A DNA stretch of 32,000 nucleotides, from assembly GCA_021654395.1 (NCBI GenBank), contig AP024486.1, positions 690,001-722,000 of the forward strand, in the 5' to 3' direction. The notes below the pieces were generated by a model, which did not search any database, had not been told where the DNA came from, and saw only the letters and a list, made by a program, of their open reading frames with translations. Source of the DNA: Candidatus Saccharimonadota bacterium (GTDB lineage: Archaea > Micrarchaeota > Micrarchaeia > Micrarchaeales > Micrarchaeaceae). The position numbers and the translations under genes are program-made. Positions 25,900 through 32,000 of the stretch are shown here, piece after piece (positions within the stretch are counted from its first letter, which is position 1; every line of letters begins with the position of its first letter).

Positions 25900-27970
25900 A
25901 TGCTTTAAGGGCTATATAGATGATATAGAGCTAGATGATATGCTATATCTTGCATTTGTTAGATCAAGATATGCAAGAGCTAGAATAGGAAGAGTTGAAA
26001 AGGCAGATATAACATCTAAGGAGCTAGCTGTTTTTAGAGGTGCCTCTGGAGAAGGAGCTATAGAGAGCAATAGAGCCCTAGAGCCAGTATTTACAAGAGA
26101 TACTGTAAACTACTATCAGCAGCCTATAGCTGCAGTTGTAGCAGATGATAGATATGCAGCTTATGATAAAGCTAGAGATGTAGAGGTAGAGTATCTTCCT
26201 TTAGAGCCAATAACAAGTATAGAGGAGTCTCTAAAGAAAGATCCTATACATAAAGGCATGAGCAGCAATATAAATAGCTACTATAAGCTAGGAGCTCCAT
26301 TTAATATAGACTATGATATAAAGATAGAGGCAAGGCTTTATAATGATAGGATTGTGCCAGATCCCTTAGAGACAAGAGGTATAGTGGCATGCTATGATAG
26401 AGATAATGATAAGCTTAAGATATATATCTCAACACAGTCAGTAATATCAATAAGAAGAGGCTTAGCCAATAGCCTTAATATACCAGAGAGCAAGATAGAG
26501 GTTATACAGAGCCTTACTGGTGGAGGCTTTGGAGTAAAAGGCGCATTGTATCCAGAGTATATAGTAGCTGCATATGCTGCAATGAAGTATAATAGGCCTG
26601 TAAAGTGGATTGAGACGAGAGAGGAGCATATAGCAGCAAGCAATCCTGGAAGAGGCGTACTAGCAGATCTTAGATTATATGCAGGTAGTAATGGAGCTAT
26701 AAAAGGATTAGAGGGCAAGATATATGTAGATAATGGAGCTTACTCAGGGACAATAGGAGACTTTGCTCCAAGATTTATAGGAATGCAGATAACTGGGGCT
26801 TATAAGATAGATAATATCAATATAGATAGCTACTCTGTATTTACTAATAAAGCTCCTATAGGTCCATATAGAGGCGCGGGAAGGCCAGAGGCTGCATTCT
26901 TTATGGAGAGACTGATAGATAAGCTTGCAGATAGATTAGATCTAGATCCATTTGAGATAAGGCTTATGAATATGCCAGAGAATGATTATAGATCTCCTTT
27001 ATCGTTAGAGATTAAGTCTCCTAAGAGATTCTTTGAGAGGGCATTTAGATTGCTAAAGAAAGAGATTAACAGTAAAGAAGCTTATGGAGTTGCCTCTTTT
27101 GTACTTGTATCTGGTGTGGGCCCAGGAGAGAGCATAAGGCTAAAAGTAAAAGATAAGAAGCTTAATATCTACTCTGGAGCTAACTCGCATGGACAGGGCC
27201 ATTCAAGATTATTAAAGGAGATACTAAGCAGACTACTGGGAGTAAGCAGAGACGATATTGTATACAACTATGCAGACTCAGATTATCTAGATGATGGGAC
27301 AGGATCATGGGGCAGCAGATCTGCGATAGCTCTTTATACTATAGCAACATATGCTGCAGCTCATGCAATAAACGCAGTATATAAGAGATATAATCAATAT
27401 AAGCCAGAGCTTCTGCTCAGCTCGGATATAGATGTGTATATCTATAAGGAGTTTAAGGGGCAGCATAACTCTCTGCTTACTGCTCTAGTATCCTTAGATA
27501 AGGACTACTTTGATAAGCCAGTAGTTAAGAAGGTCGTATTTGTAGCAGATATAGGTATGCCGATAGCTAAAGAGAATGTATATAATCAGATAAAAGGAGG
27601 TATAATGCAATCGATAGGGCAGCTCTATTCAGAGAGAGTAATCTATGATAACGAAGGAGTGGTATTAAATAGATCTCTAGTAGGAGCAGGAGTACAGACT
27701 GCCATAAATACTCCAAAGAGAGTAAAGATAGTGCTTATAAGCTCAAGAGGCTTAGGCCTAGATGATATCTCTAATTATATAGATAGCTTCATTGAGGCTT
27801 CAAAGAAAGACCCAGAGAAGGCAGCAGAAGAGCTGCTCTCTAAGAGTAAGATAGTAAATGGTATTGGAGAGGCGCCTCTGATAGGTGTTGTACCAGCATT
27901 AGCAAGAGCATTAGAAAGACTATACAGTAAAGAGGTAAATGAGACGCCTACTGATGTATTCTATAGCTAA
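25865..27970 (+). CDS. Molybdenum hydroxylase large molybdopterin-binding subunit (CoxL form II / aldehyde oxidoreductase-like)
   Basis: 701 aa. LRMEDLIADR...YIDDI...LAFVRSRYARARI N-terminus, active-site loop IGPYRGAGRPEA (not the AYxCSFR loop of true CO dehydrogenases), C-terminal GIGEAPLIGVVPAL with the conserved Glu. Start is uncertain: TTG 25865, GTG 25868 or ATG 25877. Confidence 0.88.
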   Translation: MVLRMEDLIADRCFKGYIDDIELDDMLYLAFVRSRYARARIGRVEKADITSKELAVFRGASGEGAIESNRALEPVFTRDTVNYYQQPIAAVVADDRYAAYDKARDVEVEYLPLEPITSIEESLKKDPIHKGMSSNINSYYKLGAPFNIDYDIKIEARLYNDRIVPDPLETRGIVACYDRDNDKLKIYISTQSVISIRRGLANSLNIPESKIEVIQSLTGGGFGVKGALYPEYIVAAYAAMKYNRPVKWIETREEHIAASNPGRGVLADLRLYAGSNGAIKGLEGKIYVDNGAYSGTIGDFAPRFIGMQITGAYKIDNINIDSYSVFTNKAPIGPYRGAGRPEAAFFMERLIDKLADRLDLDPFEIRLMNMPENDYRSPLSLEIKSPKRFFERAFRLLKKEINSKEAYGVASFVLVSGVGPGESIRLKVKDKKLNIYSGANSHGQGHSRLLKEILSRLLGVSRDDIVYNYADSDYLDDGTGSWGSRSAIALYTIATYAAAHAINAVYKRYNQYKPELLLSSDIDVYIYKEFKGQHNSLLTALVSLDKDYFDKPVVKKVVFVADIGMPIAKENVYNQIKGGIMQSIGQLYSERVIYDNEGVVLNRSLVGAGVQTAINTPKRVKIVLISSRGLGLDDISNYIDSFIEASKKDPEKAAEELLSKSKIVNGIGEAPLIGVVPALARALERLYSKEVNETPTDVFYS

Positions 27971-27999
27971 GGCATAGCTTTAGAATATATACTGCAGCT

Positions 28000-29631
28000 C
28001 TATCTAACAGCTCCTTTATCCTGCTTATATCTATATGCCTCCTCTAAGAATCTTAAGAATAGCTCTGATGGCTTCTCTAGTCTTGATCTCAGCTCTGGAT
28101 GCGCCTGCGTTCCAATTCCAAAAGATTGAGACCATTCAACAATCTCTACAAGCTTATTATCTGGAGATACACCAGTGATCTTCAATCCAGCTTTCTCTAA
28201 TATCTCCCTATAATCATTATTAAGCTCGTATCTGTGTCTATGCCTCTCTCTTATAATCTCTCTCTTATATGCATCTTTTGCTATGCTGTTATCTTTTATT
28301 ACTGCTTCATATAGACCTAGACGCATAGTACCGCCTAGCTTCTGAATAGATCTTTGAGTTGGTAGATATACTATAATCTTGTGCTCAGCACCTGGATTAA
28401 ACTCCTCAGAGGTTGCATCCTTTATATTACATACATCTCTTGCATACTCTATGCACATCAGCTGCATGCCTAAGCATAATCCTAGATAAGGTATCTTATT
28501 CAATCTAGAGAACTCTATGCTCTTAATCATACCTTCTGTACCTCTAGCTCCAAAGCCTCCAGGCACTATTATGCCATGCAGATCCTTTAATACTTCAACT
28601 CCTTCTCTCTCTATTGACTCTGAGTCTATCCAGTATATCTCCGGCTTTATATTTAGATAAGCTGATGCATGAACTAAAGCCTCTTTAACGCTTATATATG
28701 CATCTTTAACTGTTACATACTTTCCAACAATCCCTATCTTAACATTATCTCTGCTACTCTTTATACTATTTACAAGACTGCTCCATCTATTATACTTATC
28801 TTTATCAATTGCTCTATCTTCCATGCAAATATCTTTTAACAGCAGCTTATCAAAGCCTTGATTTATAAGATGCAGAGGCATCTCATATATAGTCTCAAGA
28901 TCTCTTGCATCTATTACTCTCTCTTTGCTAATACTTCCAAATGATGAGATCTTCTCTATGGTTGATCCCTCTAACGGATCCTCTGATCTGCATACTACAT
29001 ATGATGGCTTTATACCATAGCTCATTACTGCTCTTAAGCCTAGCTGTGCAGGCTTAGTCTTCTGCTCTCCTGTAGCATGAGGCTTTAGCACATATGTAAC
29101 AACAACGAATACCGTATCTTCCTCTGTAGATAAGCTTCTCATTGCTTCTATAAAGTAGCTATTCTCTAAGTCTCCAACTGTACCTCCCACTTCTATAACA
29201 ACGACCTCTGCCTCTCTTTTCTTAGCTATACCTCTTATCTTATCTTTTATAAACTCGATAAGATGCGGAACAACTTGAACATCATACCCAAGATAATCTC
29301 CTCTTCTCTCCTTCTCTATTATCTCGCTAAAGATCTTTCCAGATGTTAATGAAAGATCTCTATCTAGATCCTTATTTAAGAATCTCTCATACATTCCGAA
29401 GTCCATGTCTACCTCTGCTCCATCATCCAGAACAAAGACCTCTCCATGCCTAAATGGATTCATTGTGCCGCAGTCGACATTAAGATAGCCATCGAACTTT
29501 ATAGGTATCGCTCTTATATTATACATGTCTAAGATCTTCAGAATAGAGGATGTTATAACTCCCTTACCTATCCCGCTTAATAGAGATCCTAATACAACTA
29601 TATACTTTGTCTGCATAATAATTATAATCAA
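28000..29631 (-). CDS. pyrG: CTP synthase
   Basis: 543 aa. KYIVVLGSLLSGIGKGV (synthase P-loop-like N-terminus) and GLCLGMQ (glutaminase Cys). The likely start is the internal ATG giving MQTKYIVV (29616). Confidence 0.96.
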   Translation of the reverse strand: MIIIIMQTKYIVVLGSLLSGIGKGVITSSILKILDMYNIRAIPIKFDGYLNVDCGTMNPFRHGEVFVLDDGAEVDMDFGMYERFLNKDLDRDLSLTSGKIFSEIIEKERRGDYLGYDVQVVPHLIEFIKDKIRGIAKKREAEVVVIEVGGTVGDLENSYFIEAMRSLSTEEDTVFVVVTYVLKPHATGEQKTKPAQLGLRAVMSYGIKPSYVVCRSEDPLEGSTIEKISSFGSISKERVIDARDLETIYEMPLHLINQGFDKLLLKDICMEDRAIDKDKYNRWSSLVNSIKSSRDNVKIGIVGKYVTVKDAYISVKEALVHASAYLNIKPEIYWIDSESIEREGVEVLKDLHGIIVPGGFGARGTEGMIKSIEFSRLNKIPYLGLCLGMQLMCIEYARDVCNIKDATSEEFNPGAEHKIIVYLPTQRSIQKLGGTMRLGLYEAVIKDNSIAKDAYKREIIRERHRHRYELNNDYREILEKAGLKITGVSPDNKLVEIVEWSQSFGIGTQAHPELRSRLEKPSELFLRFLEEAYRYKQDKGAVR

Positions 29632-29662
29632 TAAAATATATTTAAGCTTATTTTTGTATATC

Positions 29663-30490
29663 TTATCTCTTTACAAATAGATTATCTAATGCCTCTAGAT
29701 CTGACTTATCAATTATTATATTTGATGCATTTATATTCTCTTCTACATGCTTGATATTAGAAGCTCTTGGTATTGGAAAGACATTCTTCTTAGAAGATAG
29801 CCACTTTAACGCTATCTGCGCTGGAGTCGCATTGTACTTAGAGGCTATACTTAATAGTCTGCTATCATTTGTAAGCTCTCCCTCTCTTAAAGGGTAGTAA
29901 GCCATAAATGCAATATCGTTATCTATACAGTACTTCAGAATATCCTTCTCTACCTCTCTATCTATAAGATTGTATCTTAGCTGTATAGCAGCTATCTTAT
30001 TCTTCTCTAATAGGCTCTGAAATGCTTTAATCTCTTTTAGATTGAAGTTGCTTAATCCTATATATCTTATCTTATTCTCTTCTACTGCCTTCTCTAATGC
30101 CTTTGCTGTCTCTTTTAGATCTATTAAAGGATTTGGATAGTGTATAAAGTATAGATCTATATAATCTGTTTTTAGCCTCTCTAAGCTCTTAGATAAGGCC
30201 TTATTAAGTCTTCTAGCTGAAAGATTTGTTAACCATACCTTAGATGATATGAAGATCGACTCCCTTTTAAAGCCTTCTATAGCCTTACCAACAAGCTCCT
30301 CTGTCTGATATATCTCTGCTGTATCTATTATATCTGCCCCTAGCTCTAATCCTCTTCTTATAGCTTTTATTCTAGATTCCTTATCAATATCTCTCTTTAT
30401 TAAAGAGCTTAATATCCAGTTCTTACCATACCAAGTGCCTAAGCCTATCTCAAATAGCTCCTTGTTAGTCCAGCCAAATCTCTTATACAT
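29663..30490 (-). CDS. Aldo/keto reductase family oxidoreductase
   Basis: 275 aa. GLGTW...IDTAEIYQTEELVG, SKVW, DYIDLYFIHYP, IRYIGLSNF, PIPRAS. These are classic AKR motifs. Confidence 0.88.
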   Translation of the reverse strand: MYKRFGWTNKELFEIGLGTWYGKNWILSSLIKRDIDKESRIKAIRRGLELGADIIDTAEIYQTEELVGKAIEGFKRESIFISSKVWLTNLSARRLNKALSKSLERLKTDYIDLYFIHYPNPLIDLKETAKALEKAVEENKIRYIGLSNFNLKEIKAFQSLLEKNKIAAIQLRYNLIDREVEKDILKYCIDNDIAFMAYYPLREGELTNDSRLLSIASKYNATPAQIALKWLSSKKNVFPIPRASNIKHVEENINASNIIIDKSDLEALDNLFVKR

Positions 30491-30504
30491 ATATATCTTT
30501 CGTA

Positions 30505-30594
30505 GGCCTCGGCCGGGATTTCCATAATAGAGAATATTGAACCCGGTCCTGAAGGTCCACAGCCTTCCGTGCTAGCCTTTACACCACCGAGGCC
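30505..30594 (-). tRNA. tRNA-His (anticodon GUG) with encoded G-1 and a 17-nt insert inside the T-loop
   Basis: Minus-strand fold: G(-1), acceptor GCCTCGG/CCGAGGC, discriminator C73 pairing with G-1, D-arm GTGT/GCAC, anticodon arm GAAGG-CTGTGGA-CCTTC, variable loop AGGA, T-stem CCGGG/CCCGG. The T-stem halves are separated by 24 nt (30518-30541) instead of 7. Removing 17 nt restores TTCAAAT. Confidence 0.8.
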
Positions 30595-30709
30595 TAAGAT
30601 ATGATTAGTTAGAATATATTAATAGATTTAACTTATAACTATTTAACACTTATACAATACTTAAACAACTTGAATTAGATATAGATAAGCTAAGACTTAT
30701 TTCAGAAAG

Positions 30710-31150
30710 CTATCTGTTATAATAGCTACCTATAGATTTAAGTATAGCAAATACTAAGCCCAATCCTTTCTTTATATCTGGATCATGTAGCTGATGCATC
30801 ATATCAAGTAAGCCGTTTACCTCTTTTATATCTTTAGCAGATATAGCATTTAACGCATTATTAGTTATAGCTATCGCTTTAGATAGATTCTCTAGATCAA
30901 GCTTGTTTAAAGCATCTATAATTGAGTCTATATTAAGCAAGAGATTCATCACAAAGTCGCTGCTTAAGCAGCGCATCGCCTTACTAAATGTATCCTCATC
31001 CTCTAATGCGCCTATTATAGGCTCGATTAGACCTCTTTTATCAAGAGCTGCTACAAGCTCTATAAATCTCTTTATAGACTCTGCATTCTGATCCGCATAG
31101 ATCAATATCTCATTCTTATCATCCTTAGTACTCTTTCTCATAGCTATCAC
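30710..31150 (-). CDS. DUF1641-like helical protein (partner of the upstream flavoprotein)
   Basis: 146 aa. ...GLLDMMHQLHDPDIKKGLGLVFAILKSIG resembles the DUF1641 C-terminal signature. It lies 17 nt downstream of an SQR-like flavoprotein gene, a pairing I recall for this family. Confidence 0.55.
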   Translation of the reverse strand: MIAMRKSTKDDKNEILIYADQNAESIKRFIELVAALDKRGLIEPIIGALEDEDTFSKAMRCLSSDFVMNLLLNIDSIIDALNKLDLENLSKAIAITNNALNAISAKDIKEVNGLLDMMHQLHDPDIKKGLGLVFAILKSIGSYYNR

Positions 31151-31167
31151 TTCTTAGTATTATAAGA

Positions 31168-32000
31168 CTACTGCTCAAAGTATTGATCTAGGGCCATATC
31201 TCCCTTTGTCCATATAAAATACTTATATAGCATGCTCTTTGCCATATGCTTCGCCTTTGATTCTGTAACTCTGCTTATACCTCCATTGAATAATGTGTTG
31301 TCTACTACCTCTACTCCCGTATTCTCTAATGGATTGTCTGCTATACAGTATATCTTTGGATCATAGCTCTCTATCTTTACATTGACTCCTAGCCTATTTG
31401 CAAGATCCTCTGCTGCTATCCTTGCTGTGAATACTGCTAATGCACCTAACTTCGGCACTGTAAGCTGATTCGCATCACCAACAAAGTATATATTATCATA
31501 AGATATAGAGCGCATATGCTCATCTGTTAATCCAAAGCCAGCATCATCGAATAGCTCAGGAGTTGAGCTCTTTGCTACATCATTTGCCTCATAAGGAGGC
31601 AGAACTATTGCGATATCTGCCTTTATCTTCTTACCATCCTCAGATATAATCTCTTTCTCTCTTATCTCCTTTATTCTAAAGTCAGTTACTAATTCATATC
31701 CCATCTTTTTATACAGATCTCTTACAAGCCTTCTAGCAGACTCACTTAGATCTGTAAGTATATCACTTCCAGGAGTGAATATAGTTATATGTGTCTTATT
31801 ATATACACCAAGCCTCTTAAGAAATGGTGGTAGCATTATAGACATCTCAAATACAGGACCCTCGCAAGCGGAGTCTGCCTTAGGAGCCCAGCTCTCTGGA
31901 TACTTTCCTCTTTTTCTTAATGAGCCTTGGTAGAATACTCCAGATCCTATCGCTATATTACCCCCTTTAAATTCCTTAAGCCTATTATAAAGCTTTAATG
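31168..32000 (-). CDS. FAD-dependent pyridine nucleotide-disulfide oxidoreductase (sulfide:quinone oxidoreductase / NDH-2-like); partial, N-terminus beyond the window end
   Basis: The track starts at Met 31845, but my translation shows the frame stays open to position 32000 (...GGNIAIGSGVFYQGSLRKRGKYPESWAPKADSACEGPVFEMSIML...). C-terminal YFVGDAN...PKLGALA is the second FAD-binding GD motif region. Confidence 0.75.
   Translation of the reverse strand, partial: LKLYNRLKEFKGGNIAIGSGVFYQGSLRKRGKYPESWAPKADSACEGPVFEMSIMLPPFLKRLGVYNKTHITIFTPGSDILTDLSESARRLVRDLYKKMGYELVTDFRIKEIREKEIISEDGKKIKADIAIVLPPYEANDVAKSSTPELFDDAGFGLTDEHMRSISYDNIYFVGDANQLTVPKLGALAVFTARIAAEDLANRLGVNVKIESYDPKIYCIADNPLENTGVEVVDNTLFNGGISRVTESKAKHMAKSMLYKYFIWTKGDMALDQYFEQ

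Noticed and set aside
26392-26718. 108-aa minus-strand ORF opposite coxL
   Set aside because: It is antisense to the conserved molybdopterin-subunit CDS. Its Pro/Leu/Ala-rich composition is typical of an antisense frame.
30518-30541. Attempt to fold the tRNA-His T-loop insert into a canonical bulge-helix-bulge splicing motif
   Set aside because: By hand I obtain only a continuous 5' strand paired as T-stem, then TTC/GAA, then AATA/TATT, with both bulges (AT and ATG) on the 3' strand. I therefore do not claim a BHB. The intron interpretation is kept only as a hypothesis in the findings.
1-32000. Search for CRISPR arrays, IS elements or transposases, toxin-antitoxin pairs, restriction-modification or other recognisable defence genes
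   Set aside because: There are no regularly spaced direct repeats, no inverted terminal repeats, and no ORFs with nuclease, integrase or methyltransferase motifs that I could recognise.

Overview
AT-rich (about one-third G+C by eye), densely packed archaeal chromosomal segment. I support 29 protein-coding genes (2 truncated by the window edges) and 2 tRNA genes. I saw no CRISPR array, rRNA, transposase or integrase. Archaeal origin is supported by EF-2 with the diphthamide-site motif, ribosomal proteins L30e/uS12/uS7, class III (prepilin-type) signal peptides, a genome-encoded G-1 on tRNA-His, and TATA boxes about 27 nt upstream of gene starts. Housekeeping content: L30e-S12-S7-EF2 cluster, IleRS, CTP synthase, AlaX editing protein, isocitrate dehydrogenase plus citrate synthase, a CoxM/S/L-type molybdenum hydroxylase, an aldo/keto reductase, a CinA-like protein, AMMECR1, pyrrolidone-carboxylate peptidase, an APC permease, and an SQR-like flavoprotein plus a DUF1641-like protein. 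Accessory, cell-surface content: two proteins sharing a pilin-type N-terminus (one carries a LamG/lectin domain), a membrane-anchored thioredoxin-fold CxxC protein overlapping a polytopic membrane protein with a MerF/MerT-like vicinal Cys-Cys helix, and a 1228-aa sequon-rich secreted protein with an internal ~448-aa duplication. Composition, fast-evolving housekeeping enzymes and surface repeats suggest an acidophilic DPANN/ARMAN-like or Thermoplasmata-related archaeon, but this is inference only. Most notable observations: (1) tRNA-His(GUG) has a 17-nt insert in its T-loop; (2) the lectin-tipped pilin-like protein and the putative extracytoplasmic thiol-relay gene pair; (3) three conserved enzymes have altered catalytic or signature residues: Pcp nucleophile Cys->Ser, IleRS HIGH->HIGG and KMSKS->EIHKH, AlaX zinc ligand Cys->Asp; (4) uS7 has a ~60-aa Lys/Glu-rich N-terminal extension, and the cluster lacks nusA. 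No single self-evident novel multi-gene system is provable from sequence alone. Candidates are ranked in the findings.
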